A DNA stretch of 64,000 bases from the human T2T-CHM13v2.0 reference genome, Homo sapiens. Position numbers and translations under genes: made by a program. Below are positions 1 through 13,129 of the stretch, in pieces. Every line of letters begins with the position of its first letter. Positions within the stretch are counted from its first letter, which is position 1. Under the pieces are notes generated by a model. The model saw only the letters and a program-made list of their open reading frames with translations, was not told where the DNA came from and ran no database searches. The stretch lies in NCBI RefSeq assembly GCF_009914755.1, contig NC_060931.1, one strand, 5' to 3'.

Positions 1-3000
1 AGTCTTTGCCTAAACCAATGTCTAGAAGGGTTTTTTTTTTATGTTCTAAAACTTTTATGGTTTCAGATCTTAGATTTAAGTCTTTGATTCATCTTGAGTT
101 GATTTTTGTGTAAGGTGAGAGATGAGGATCCAGTTTCATTCTTATAGATGTGGCTTGCCAATTATCCCAGCATCATTTGTTGAATTGTGTGTCATTTCCC
201 CACTTTATGTTTTGGTTTGCTTTGTTGAAGATCGGTTAGCTGTAAGTACTTGGCTTTATTTCCGTGTTCTCTATTCTGTTTCATTGGTCTATGTGCCTAT
301 TTTATACAAGTACAATGCTGTTTTGGTGACTATAGCCTTATGGTAGAGTTTGAAGTCGGGTAATCTGATACCTTCAAATTTGGTCTTTTTGCTTAGTCTT
401 GCTTTGGCTCTGTGGGCTCTTTTTCGGTTGCATATGAATTTTAGGATTTTGTTTTTTTAGTTCTGTGAAGAATTTGATGGGAATTGCATTGAATTTGTAG
501 ATTGCTTTTGGCAGTGTGGTCATTTCCATAATATTGATTCTATCCATCCTGAGCACAGGATGTGCTTCCATTTGTTTGAGTTGTCTATAATTTCTTTCAG
601 CAGTGTTTTGTAGTTTTCCATCTAGAGGTCTTTCACCTTGGTTAGGTATATTCCTAAGTATTTTATTTTATTTTTGCATCTATTCGTAAAAGGGTTCGAG
701 TTCTTGATTTGGTTCTCAGCTTGGTTGCTGTTGGTGTATAGCAGTGCTACTGATTTGTGTACATTGATTTTATATCATGAAATTGTACTAAATTCATTTA
801 TTAGATCTAGGGGCTTTTTGGGTGAGTCTTTAGGGTTTTCTAGGTATACAATCATATCATTGGTGAACAGCAACAGTTTAACTTCCTCTTTACCAATTTG
901 AATGCCCTTTATTTATTTCTTTTATCTGATTGCTCTGGCTAGGACTTCCAGTGCTATGTGGAATAGAAGTGGCAAAAGTGGGCATCTTTGTTTTGTTCCA
1001 GTTCTCAAGGGAATGCTTTCAACTTTTCCCCTTTCAATATAATGTTTGCTGTGGGTTTGTCTTAGATGCTTTTGTTACCTTAAGGTATAATCCTTCTATG
1101 CTGATTTTGCTGAGGGTTTTAACCATAAAGAAATAACTAATTTTGTCAAATGCATTTTCTGCATCTATTGAGATGATCATGTGATTTTTGTTTTTAATTC
1201 TGTTTTTGTGGCATATCACATTTATTGACTTGTGTATGTGAAACCATCCCTGCATCCCTGGTATAAAACCTACTTGACCATGGTGCATTATCTTTTTGAT
1301 ATGCTTTTGGACTTTGTTTGCTAGTATTCTGTTGAGGATTTTGCATCTATGTTCATCAGGAATATTGGTCTGTAGTTTTCTCTTCTTATGTCTTTTTCTG
1401 ATTTGGTATTAGGATGATACTGGCTTCATAGGATGCTTTAGGTATTTTTCGCTATCTTTTAGAATGGTTTCAATAGGATTGGTACCAATTAATTCTTAGA
1501 ATGTCTGATAGATTTCAGCTGTGAATTTATCTGGTCCTAGACTTTTTTTTTTGTTGGCAATTGTTTTTAATTGCCATTTCAATCTCACTGCTTGTTATTG
1601 GTTTATTCAGAGTCTCTATTTCTTTCTGGTTTAATCTAGGAGGGTTGTATATTTCCAAGAAGTTATTCATTTCCTCCAGGTTTTCTAGTTTATGCATGTA
1701 AAGGTGTTCATAGTAGCCTTGAATGATCTTTTGTATTTCTGTGATATTGGTTGTAATATCTTCCATTTCATTTCTAATTGAACTTATTTGGATCTTCTCT
1801 CTTCTTTTCTTGGTTAATCTCACTAATGGTCTATCAATTTTGTTTATATTCTCAAAGAACCAGATTTTTGTTTTATTTGTCTTTTGTATTTCTTTTGTTT
1901 CAATTTCATTTAGTTCTGTTCTGATCTTTGTTATTTATTTTCTTCTGCTGGGTTTGCATTTGGTTTGTTCTTGTTTCTCTAGTTCTGAAAGGTATGAGTG
2001 TAGATTGTCTGTTTGTGCTCTTTCAGACTTTTTGATGTAGCCATTTAATGTGATGAAATGAAATAAGTGGTCTCTTAGCACCACTTTTGCTGTATTCCAG
2101 AGGTTTTGATAGGTTGTGTTACTGTTATTATTCAGTTCAAAGAATTAAATTTTCATCTTGATTTTATTGTCAGCCCAGTGATGATTCAGGAGCAGATTAT
2201 TTAATTTCCATGTATTTGCATGGTTTTGAGAGTTCCTTTTGGAGTTGATTTCCAGTTTTATTCCACTGTGGTCTGAGAGAGAACTTGATAAAATTTTGAC
2301 TTTCTTAGATTTATTGAGACTTATTTTGTGGCCTATCATATGGTCTATCTTGGAGAATATTCCATGTGCTGATGAATAGAATGTATATTCTGCAATCGTT
2401 GGGTAGAATATTCTGTAAGTATCTATTAAGTCCATCAGTTCTAGGGTATAGATTAAAGTTCATTGTTTATTTGTTGACATTCTGTCTTGATTGACTTGTC
2501 TAGTGCTGTCAGTGGAGTATTGAAGTCCCTCTCCATTATTGTGTTGCTTTGTATCTTATTTGTTAGGTCTAGTGCTAATTGTTTTATAAATTTGGGAGCT
2601 CCAGTATTAGGTGCATATATATTTAGGATTGTATTATTTTCCTGTTGGATTAGTCCTTTTATCATTTATAAAGTCCCTCTTTGTCTTTTTTAACTATTGA
2701 TGCTTTAAAGTCTGTTTTGTCTGCTATAAGAATAGCTATTCCTGCTTGCTTTTGGTGTCCATTTGCATAGAATATCTTTTTCCACCTCTTAGGTTTATGT
2801 AAGTCCTTATGTGTTCAGTGAGTAACACATATCTGTTTATGCGGTGTATCACATTTATTGACTTGAAGACAGTAGATACTTGGTTGGTGAATTCTTATCC
2901 ATTCTGTTGTGTTCTGTATCTTTTAAGTGGTACATTTAGGTCATTTACATTCAATGTCAGTATTGAGATGCAAGGTACTATTCTATTCATCATACTAGTT

Positions 3001-5995
3001 GTTGCCTGAATACCTTGTTTTGTTTTGTGTTATTGTTGTATAGGCCCTGTGAGATTTATGCTTTCAGGCGGTTCTATTTTGGTATATTTCAAAGATTTGT
3101 TTCAAGATTTAGAACTCCTTTTAGCAGTTCCTGTAGTGCGGGCTCTGTAGTCACAAATTCTGTCAGTGTTTGCCTGAGAAAGATTTTATCTTTCCTTCAT
3201 TTATGAAGCCTAGTTTTGCTAACTACAAAATTATTGGATGATAATTGTTTTGTTTAAGGAGGCTAAAGATAGGACTTTAATCCCTTTTAGTTTGTAGGTT
3301 TTCTGCTGAGAAATTTGCTGTTAATCTGATAGGTTTTCCTTTATAGGCTACTTGGTGCTTTTGCCTCACAGCTCTTAAGATTCTTTCCTTCATCGTGACT
3401 TTAGATAACTGCTGACAGTGTGCCTAGGTGAAGATCTTTTTGTGATTAATTTCCTGGGTGGTCTTTGAGCTTCTTGTATTTGGATGTCTAAATCTCCAGC
3501 AAGGCCAGGGAAGATTTTCTCAATTATCCCCTCAAATAAGTTTTCCAAAATTTCCGATTTCTCTTCTTCCTTGGGAACACCAATTATTCTTAGGTTTGGT
3601 CATTTAACAGAATCCCAAACTTTTTTGGAGGCTTTGTTCATTTTATTCTTCTTCTTCTTCTTTTTTCTTTGTTTTTGTCAGACTGGGTTAATTCAGAAGC
3701 CTCGTCTTTGAGCTCTGAAGTTGTTTCTTCTACTTGTTTGATTCTATTTTTGTAACTTGCCAGTGTATTTTGCATTTCTCTAAGTGTGTCTTTCATTTGC
3801 AGTAGTTGTGATTGTATTTTATTGATGCTTTCTATGTCTCTGGAGATTTTGTCAATCCTGTATTTTAAAAATTTTTTCTCTTCTTTTTTTTTTCCGAGAT
3901 GGTTTCTCACTCTGTCATTCATGCGGCAATTCTCCTGCCTCAGCCTCCTGAGCAGCTGGAATTATAGGCATGGGCCCCATGCCTGGCTAATTTTGGTATT
4001 TTTAGTAGATATGGGGTTTTGCTATGTTGGCCAGGCTGGTCTCAAACTCCTGACCTCAGGTGATCTGCCCACCTCAGCCTCCCAAAGTGCTGGAATTACA
4101 GGTGTGATCCACTGTGCCTGGCTAAATTTTTTTAAGTTGGTTTTCTCTGGTTGGCACCTTTCTCTGGTGCCTCCTCAGGTAGCTTAATAATCAACCTTTT
4201 GAATTAATTTTTCTGGCAATTTAGAGATTTCTTCTTGGTTTAGATCTATTGCTGGTGAGCTAGTGTGGTCTTTTGATGGTGTTAGATAACCTTGCTTTGT
4301 CATATTACCAGAATTGTTTTTCTGGTTCTTTCTTATTTGGGTAGACTATGTCAGAGGAAAGATCTGGGGCTCAAGGGCTACTTTTCAGATTGTTTTGTCT
4401 AATGGGTTAATCCTTTGATGTAGTGATCTTCCCCTTCCCCTAGGAATGGGGCATCCTGAGAGCCAGACTGCACTGATTGTTATTGCTCTTCTGGGTCTAG
4501 CCACCCAGGGGAGCAACCAGGCTCCAAGCTCCGGTCTGGTAGTGGGAGTGTCTGTAAAGAGTCCTGTGATGTGATCCATCTTCAGGTCTCTCAGCCATGA
4601 ATACCAGCACCTGTTTTGGTGGAAGTAGCAGGGGCATCAAGTGGACTCTGTGGACTCTGTGAAGATTCTTGGTTGTAGTTTTGTTTACTGCACTGGTTTC
4701 TTGAATTCTGGTTGCGTTAGCAGTATACTCGTCATGTGGACAGAGTCTGGACCTTTGGTTAGCCAGGATGTTACAGGTGGTGAAATTAGCTGTTGTTTTC
4801 TCCTTTCTTGGAGCTGGGCTGTTCTTTTATGAGTTGCTGTAATAGCTTGAGTTGGTTGGCCTCCAGCCAGAAGGTGGCACTTTCCAGAGAGCATCAGCTG
4901 TGGTAGTATAGGGGGAATACAAGCTTGCCCTAAGTTTGCCTGGCTAAGTATTTGGGTTTCTCAGGTTGTGGGTGGGGACATAGAACTCCCAAGAGATTAT
5001 GTCTTTTGTCTTTGGCTAACAGGGTGGGTAGAGAAGGACTATCAGGTAGGGGCAGGATGAGGCATGTCTGAACTCAGACTCTTCTTAGGTGGGGCCTGCT
5101 GCAGCTGCTGTGGGGGATGGGTGTGTTGTTCCCAGGCTAATTAAGTTGTGTTCCCAGGGGATTTTTGTTGCCTTCTGCTGCATCATACATGTCACCAGGG
5201 AAGTGGGAGAAAGCCGGCAGTGACAGACCTCATCCAGCTCTCACACAGCCAGCATGGCCAGTCTCACTCTCGTGTGCCCCACCAATAGCACTGAGTTTAT
5301 ATCCAGCCAGCCCCATGAGCAGGGCTGAGATCTTGCCCCAGGCTACAAGCTTCCCCGCAGAGAAAGCAAGCAGGGCTTTCAGGCCCCCACCTGTCTGCTT
5401 GCATCAGCTTCTGTGCATATCCACACTTCCTGTTCACGCCCCCACACTACTCCCCTGATTCTGCCCAGGAAAATTTGCCCTGGGTTGAAATTATTACCAA
5501 GTTCAGCTGGGGGTTTCCTTCTCCCAGGGGTCCTTCCCCAATTCTACTCGCAGCCCTGCCCAAGGACCCCTGTGAGAGAAAGTCAGAAATGGCTTCCCTG
5601 GGGACCGGGAGTGCATACAGGGCTCTTCCCATTGCCGCTTTTACTTTTATATTTCACTTGGCACTCTAAATTTGTTTCAGCTCTAGGTAAGGTATAATCT
5701 GGATTTTTAGGTTCCCTCCTTCCATTATCCAGATTTTCAGGTTCCCCAGTGAGGATGTGTGTTTTTGGGCACAGACTTTTCCCCCCTCACACTTTGGGTA
5801 TTCAGTTTTTTGGCTGTCTCATGGAGTTTCCTGTGGCAAGCTGCTTCTTTCAAAGTGTCTTTGAATTCTTTTGGTTTTTCTGGTGTGTTCCTGTGCTAGT
5901 TCTTGGAGCAAAAGTTCACTGTGTGAGTCTCCACATGCTGTTCTGTCCATCTGAGTAGGAGCTGCAAGTTAGCCCTGCCTCCTATCTGCCATTTT
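1..5995 (-). mobile_element. LINE-1, L1PB-type: 5'UTR, ORF1 and part of ORF2, decayed; 3' part runs off the window
   Basis: Minus-strand ORF fragments are L1 ORF2: TILNIYAPNTGAPKFIKQ and SDHSGIKLEIN (endonuclease), [21 protein letters not shown]...[12 protein letters not shown] (RT), LPKAIYKFNAIPIK. ORF1 coiled-coil fragment at 3638-3922. The 5' end reads AAAATGGCAGATAGGAGGCAGGGCTAACTTGCAGCTCC (L1PBa-like). Many stops and frameshifts. Confidence 0.93.
3879..4123 (-). mobile_element. Alu (AluS-type), right arm partly deleted, inserted in the L1PB
   Basis: Poly-T followed by Alu antisense motifs CTCCTGCCTCAGCCTCC and CTCCCAAAGTGCTGGAATTACAGG. Confidence 0.93.
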
Positions 5996-7366
5996 TTTTT
6001 TCCTGTAAAAGACATTTTTAATACTGTCACGTTTTACTAATGTGGATACACATTCAGGGAGGTAAGGAGATTTGCTCTAGTTCCTGCAGTTAACCCTAAA
6101 ATTATAGAATCTTTCTCCAAGCTCAGTATTCTTTCTATGACACTATGCAGTTTCTTCCTTTTGAATTACTTTTATTGAGGGAATATAATTTTCCAACTGG
6201 TGAAATTAAAGCATTCTGTCACTCTTTCAGCATTAATTACTAACTTGAGAAATTAAAGGAAAATGCAAAGAAGTAATAGCAATTATTATTACAGGCTTAT
6301 AGAATAGCCTCGATATGAAAAAAAACCTGCTTAAATTTAGAAACTAAATGATTGTGTGTGTGTGTGTTTGCATTTGTGGTGATGGGGACTGTCATAAGGA
6401 ATTTGAATAAAGGAAATTAAAATATATGAATAAATTATTAAGATATGTTTCCTTGGTTCCCTTACTTAGGACAGAGAAAGCTAAACATCATAGTGCTTAA
6501 CACATATTGTGTTAAATACCAAGCAACTTTTGTTTTAAACAAACGTGATCAGTATGGTAAAAAACTACCTTTTGCTATTGATTTTATTCAGTATTACCTG
6601 GTAGTAGAATATCATTTGATATGTGACTCTAATTTCAATGTCTTGAGAAGAAAGTTTCAATGGTTTCAATCCTTCTACTCTCATATTAACATATGTACAT
6701 CCACAAATTAGGTTGAGAAAGGGCAAATGTTTCTGGAAGGAAGAAAACATCTAGGTAGACCTTCTTTTAGACTAGTTTACTTCTCATCTACAAGGACAAT
6801 AAGTTTGTGGAGCTTATGTCTACAGTCCTTTTCATATTAGAAGAAAAAACTCTTCTTCACAGTCATATTGAAGAGGAGGTCCATGTGTTCTTAATATTGT
6901 GGACAATGACTAAGCCTTGACTACATATGGAGAGGCAGAAATGAGAAGACAGAGAATGTTGTTCTGATACTGCTTCCCTGCCCACTTCTGTTCAAAGAGC
7001 ATGGTGAAACCAAATGTCTGGGAGAACAGAAGTTCTAAGCTTGGTACCAACAGCTTGAAATGTTTATTCTCAATAATGCTCTGGTAAGTCTCCTCAGCTT
7101 CATGTGGTTGCTATGCCCCGAGTAATTTGGGATCCCTGCCAACTTTAGGTTGGTTTAAATGAACAGGTTAGCATTGGCACTGGGGGACAGAATATCATTG
7201 AACATTTGTACTGTCAGCAAGGGTGTTAACTTAGTAAACATGTAGTACCTAAAGATGGAAAGCTTATGGTGCCACAGAACGAAACAATACATAGAAAATT
7301 ATCAGGAATTGCTGAAGTATATAAATTTATGTATTTATATGTATGTCTGTCTACCTTCATCAGTAT

Positions 7367-7949
7367 TGATATGGCTCCGATTAGTGGAGAAACATAAGGG
7401 CTCTTGTCTCATGCTGAATTAGGTAAAGCTACACGGACACATGTGGAGTGGTTTTAAGGAGTAGAGAGTTTAATAGGCAGGAAAGAAGGGAGAAGAAAGA
7501 AGGAAGAAGCTCCCCCATGCACAGACAGAGAGAGGGGGGCCCCAAAGCCGAGAGAGGAGACCCTGAGTCTGGCTGATACCAGCCAGTTATATGAAGAGGC
7601 TGGGTGAGGTGGTGTCTGATTTGCATAGGGCTCAGGGGATTGGCTTGACCAGGCATGTCATCCAGGTAGCGGCAAAAAAACTGGCCCTCCCACTCTAACC
7701 TTTCAATATGTGAATGCAGGACACCATAATGCTCTACACACATGGGGATATGTGGGGGTGGTTATGTTGCCCGGCACATGTGGGGGCAAGGGCAGGAAGA
7801 AGAGGGCAGGAATCGCCATGTTTGGGTGGACCCAATTTCTAATGGCCTGCATTTGCATGTCAAAGGTTGCCTGCTGGGCTGTAAGAGCTGGGGCTTTCCT
7901 GCTAGGCAAGAAATATTTCTGGAGCTGCTTTAAAAGAAACAACTTTCCC
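7367..7949 (-). mobile_element. ERV1 LTR, LTR9/LTR9B-like (HUERS-P3 group), 5' end missing
   Basis: On the minus strand it ends ...GGAGCCATATCA and has ATTAAA, CCAAT and AATCAGACACC blocks as in LTR9. Two ATGCAAAT octamers. Confidence 0.75.
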
Positions 7950-8262
7950 GCCGAGCGCGGTGGCTCACGCCTGTAATCCCAGCACTTTGGGAGGCCGAGG
8001 CGGGCGGATCACAAGGTCAGGAGACCGAGACCATCCTGGCTAACAAGGTGAAACCCCGTCTCTACTAAAAATACAAATAATTAGCCGGGCGTGGTGGCGG
8101 GCGCCTGTAGTCCCAGCTACTCAGGAGGCTGAGGCAGGAGAATGGCGTGAACCCGGGAGGCGGAGCTTGTGGTGAGCCCAGACCGCGCCACTGCACTCCG
8201 GCCTGGGCGACAGAGCGAGACTCCGTCTCAAAAATAAATAAATAAATAAATAAATAAATAAA
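7950..8262 (+). mobile_element. AluY, CpG-rich, (TAAA)n tail, no TSD
   Basis: Full dimer with AluY diagnostics GAGACCATCCTGGCTAAC and GAATGGCGTGAACCCGGGAGGCGGAGCTTG. Confidence 0.95.
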
Positions 8263-8271
8263 CTAACTAAC

Positions 8272-8647
8272 AAACTAAGACCCTCATTCCAAAGGGGTCC
8301 TACCCTATACCTGGAAGAAAGAAAAGCTGCAATAGAAAAGCCAAGAAGACTCTGAACAGACAGGCCTTGCGAGGTTTCCCCTGTCTAGTACCATTAGCTC
8401 ATACCCTTTTTTTGGCCAATCACATTTCTACATGACTATTTCTGCTTTGTCAAATCTAATCATAAAATCAGAGAGCTTCTCCTGTATTTTGGGGTCTCCA
8501 TTCTGAAGGCTCCCATGTTATGAAAAACTACGGTCAAATTCATTTTTTATGCTTTTATCTTGTTAACTACCTGTCTTTTTTTATAGGGGTGTGGGTCGTG
8601 ACCCTTATGATGGGAAGGAAAGAGATTGCCCCGTTTTCCTCCTTACA
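8272..8647 (+). mobile_element. ERV1 LTR 3' half, MER39-like
   Basis: GACCCTCATTCC...GGGGTCCT...CTGAACAGACAGGCCTTGC...ATTCTGAAGGCTCCC, ending CCTTACA. Confidence 0.65.
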
Positions 8648-10355
8648 GTTACATGCAGCTGCATTCATTAGTTTTCACTGCTGTAGATTTCATTGTATGA
8701 ATATACCACATTATATTTATCCATTTTACCGCTGATAGGCATTTGGGTTGTTTTAAGTTTTAGCTTATTATAAATTATGCTGCCATGAACATTGTCATAC
8801 ATGATTTTTGAGTGTATATGTGAATGTACTTCTATTAGGAATTACCTACAAACAAATGTGAAAATGCTGGATAATAAAAGGATTCATTTTTCCGTATTTG
8901 TAGATAATGCCAAGCAGCTATCCTAAGTTTTACATGAATTTACGCTATAGCCAACATTAAAAGAGTTCCTCATGTTTGCCAACTTAGTGATTCAATCAGA
9001 AATTTTAAAAGTTATTTTGTCGAGTGTATGTTGGTGTCATAAGAAACCCATAATTTGCATTTCCCAGATGACTGGACTATTTTCATAGTTTTTGGACATT
9101 TAAATATCACCTTTTGTTAATTTCCAGTATAAGTGGTTGGCCCATTTTTTATTAAGTCGTCTTTCTTTTTTCTTGCTTTATATATACTTGGATAAGAGCT
9201 TTTGTTGGTTACATGTCTTGTAAATATCTTCTCCTATGCTACAGTTATCATTATATTCTCTGATGATTTTTCATTAGTATAAGTTATTAGTTCATCAAAC
9301 GTTTTCTCTACAGTTAATGTTCTTTGATTTTAAGAACTCCTGTCCTTTAGACCTGATGATATTTTATGTTATTATCTAAATGCTACATTCTAGAAGTTTT
9401 ATTATCTTACCTTTTCTAATTAGAGTAATAAAAGTGAGCTGAAATTGATATCTGTGTATGGAAACTGCCTTCTTTTATAGTTTGATAAAATTTTCTTTTA
9501 TTTTCCTTTTTAGTGTGAATACATGTTGAAATGTATCAAATATTTTTCTGCATTTATTGAGATGATCATATTTTTTCTTTTTTATTTTCATTATGTGACA
9601 GAATATGTTGAGTTTCTGTAATATTAAAACACCATTATATTACTGGAGTAACCCAACCTTAGTCATATGTAATATTTCTATATTGCTAGATTTGGTTTGC
9701 CAGTATTTTGCTTAATATTCCTATCTATGTTCAAGCCAGTTTTGGTGTCAATATTACACTGAATTCTTTAAATAAGTTAGAAAGTATTCCTCCTTTTTTC
9801 CTTCTTGGAAGAGTTTGTACAGGTGTTGAATTTGCCTCTTCCTGAATATTAGTAGAATTCACTGGTGAAATGAGAGTAGAATCTACTAGTGAAAGCATTT
9901 TGATCTGGAGTTTTTTTTTCTGGAAGTTTTATGGTTATGGATATTGAATCTGTGATTGTAAAAAACTTTAATAAATTGTTCAGATTTTCTGTTCATTTTT
10001 GTGGTAGTATTTGTACATTGTGTTTTCTTAGAATATTCCCATTTCATCTAAATTTTCAAATTTATTTGTATACAATTGATATAATATTTCATTATCTTTC
10101 TTTTTAATGCCTATAAACTCTGGTGATGTCTACATCTCAAATTTTTGTCATGTTTATTCTTTAAAGTCTTGCCAGAAATTTATAAATTTCTAAAGTCTTT
10201 TCAAAGTATCAACTGTTGGTTTTATTGATAGACTCAAAGGTAACATGTGTTTATGGGTCCATTGATTATTTTTCTTCATTATTTCCTTCTTTCTTTTTTT
10301 GGTGAGTGGAAGTAATTTACTGAACATTTTAAAGTTTCTTGAGATAGTTGTTTAT
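8648..10355 (-). mobile_element. Old LINE-1 fragments (L1ME/L1M-type)
   Basis: Degenerate antisense L1 motifs GGGCATTTGGGTTGTTTT, TTTTCTGCATTTATTGAGATGATCATA and GTAGAATTCACTGGTGAA. Confidence 0.75.
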
Positions 10356-10357
10356 TA

Positions 10358-10980
10358 TTTGGTTATCTATTGCTGTGTAATGAATTATTCCAAAACTCAG
10401 TGAAACTATTTATTTTTTATGGCTCTGTGGATTGATAGGGTTTAGCTGGGGTCTCTTGTGCTGTTATAGATGAATGCCATTTGGGGCTGGAGTCATCTGA
10501 AGCCTTGAGGGCAAGGTCACCTAACGTAGCTTCTTTACTCACATGTCTGATGCCTCATATTGGGATGGCTGGCGTAGTTGGGGGCTGGCTGTGCTTTATC
10601 TTATCTCCACACTATTTCTTCACTGTGGATGGCTTACTCACAGCATGGTGATCTCAAGACAGTTGAATTTTTTACATCTGGCTGGCTTGTGCCAGAGTGA
10701 GCACTCTGAGAGAGTTAGATGGAAGTTGTTCTAAGAGAGCATGGAGGAGTATTCTTTTTTTTTTTTTAAATCACTTTACTTAGGTATGATGACAGCAAAG
10801 TGGAAGCTATAAGACTTTCTATGACCTGGCTCAGAAATCATGGGAATTCATGTCTGCTGCATTATGCTGGTAAAAAGTGAGTCAGAAGGCCAGTCCGAAT
10901 TCAAGAAAGGAGACCACACAAGAATGTGAATAACAAGAGGCTTTTTCAATTTGAGATCACCTCTGGAGTCTAGCTACCAA
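10358..10980 (-). mobile_element. MaLR solo LTR (MLT1-type) inserted in old L1
   Basis: TTATCTATTGCTGTGTAA...CCAAAACTCAGTG start, GGGGCTGGAGTCATCTGAAG and CTCACAGCATGGTG blocks, ending AGCTACCA. Confidence 0.7.
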
Positions 10981-12165
10981 ACATTGTTTATTAAATTTTC
11001 TGACATATTTAAATAAAGATATACATTTCCTTATAAGCACAGCTTTTTCTGCACTATCTAGATTTAATATGCTGTATTTTATAAGCATTCAATAAAAATA
11101 CTTTCTAAGTTCTATTGCTATTTTTTATGACCCATTGGTTATTTAGAAATATGTTTCTTACTTTCTAATATATATAGATTCCAGATATCTTTTTATTTCT
11201 AACAGATTTCCTATGATCAGAAAATATATTTGCTTTAAATCCTTTGTTAATATCCTAGCATTTCTTAATTATGATAAACCGTGAATATTTGAAAAGAATG
11301 AGTTTTTGGCAACTCTCACAAACAGAGTACTATATATAATTTAGTTAAATTTCTAAAATAATATTATTCAAATCTTTTATATTCTTATTGAAATTCGGTT
11401 TCACTAAAAATTTCCCAATGATTATTTAATAGCTTTATTCTTAATTCTGTTAATTTATTGTTTATATTTCAAGAGTCATGTGAATAAAGACAGTTTTACT
11501 TCTTTCTTTCCAAACTGGATAACTTTGATTTCTTTTACTTGCCTTAATGCGCTGTTCAGATCTTCCTTTTTAATGTTGAATAGATGCGCTAAGGAAGAAC
11601 ATTCTTGCCTGGTTCTTCATCTTAGGGGGAAAGCATCTAGTCTTTTACCGTTTAGTATGCTGTTGGTTGATTTTTTAGATAATAGATGCCTTTTATCAGA
11701 TTAAGGAAATTCCTGCCTGTTATTAGTTGGCTAAGTTTTTATTAGGAATAGATGTTGGATTTTTTTGTCAAATGATTTTTCTACATCTATTGAGATGATT
11801 ATGTGATTTTCTGTTTTAATCTTTTAATATGAACTACATTGATTTTCAACTGTTAGACAATCTTTGCATTCCTGAAGTAAATGCCGCTTGGTCAGGGTTT
11901 ATTATATTTTGATAACGTTGTTGAATTTAATTGGCCCATATATTACCAATATTTTGAGAATTGATGCATCTATATTCATGGGGGACATGAGTATGTAGCT
12001 TTCTTATGGTGTCTTTGATTTAGTATCAGAACGATGCTGGCCTCAAAGGAAGAGTTCCACTTCAATTTTTCTGGGAAAGGTTTGTAGAGAATTGGAATTA
12101 TTTCTTCCTTAAATGCTTGGTAGAATTCACCAGCAAAGCCATTCAGACCTGGAGTTTTATTTAAG
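10981..12165 (-). mobile_element. Old LINE-1 ORF2 fragments (L1M)
   Basis: Minus ORF 11976-12302 contains TPGLNGFAGEFYQAFKEEIIPILYK (L1 ORF2). Antisense RT motifs at 11480-11900. Confidence 0.8.
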
Positions 12166-13129
12166 AAGTAACTCTCTAAACTTAAGAGGAAAATAATCAA
12201 AGATGTGTATGCTTCTATTGGAGCCTTATTTTGTTGAATATTCTTAACACTAAATTTTTTTCTCTCAGTGAACCTGCAGGAGAATTTATATACTCTATAC
12301 ATGCTGGAGCAATTATTTTACTGGTATTCTCAGCAAGCATAGATTTTATTTATCTCTGAGTCCAAAAAAATTTCTAGCTGTATTATAAATATCTTTAACA
12401 TTTAAACTGAAATGTTGAATATTTGTTAGCTCATTATCACATGCTTTTCTGAAATATTAGTACTCTCCTGTCTTGCATTTTTTTGCTTTATGTATGGCAA
12501 AGATGTTTTCTTTATAATGTAATGAATTGGAGATTTTTTTCATTATTTAAAAAACTTTTCCTATGATGTTTGTTTTAAATTCTGTATCCTAGATAAAAAC
12601 GGTTTTACTATGAAACACTGCTTTGGTTATAGATAGAACAAATGTTTTCTAAAACTACCAAGCTAAATGTACAAGACCATGATAGAACTTCGTTTTATTC
12701 AGTGATGCTAAAGAGAAGATATTTAACCTTATGCCAAAATTTATAATAGAGAAAACATCATTCATGTTGTCATGTTGCCATTTTTATCTTGGAAACTTAC
12801 TGTTATCTCTTTTATACTATGCAGTTCTGGTATCTAGGTACCATAAAGTCTTCATCAAATGAGTGCTTCTATTATTCTATTTCCCAACTCATTGATATAA
12901 AAGAGATTCCATGGAGATAAATTATGAGGCTAAGTTTTTTAAGTACAAAATAAGATGCTCCAAAGTCTTAAAAATCTTTATGTGAGGAAATTTAGGTTAT
13001 CTTAAATATAATGGTCATATTTATAAGTTGAATGATTATTCGGTGGCAAATAATATAGTGAATGTACCAATGCTTTAATAGGCTTAATTAGTTTTAACAT
13101 AAAATAATTTGATATTAGACCTTGGTTGG

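Noticed and set aside
10760-10796. Poly-T plus about 25 bp resembling an L1M 3' terminus inside the MLT1 LTR
   Set aside because: Too short and without a clear TSD to call as a separate insertion.
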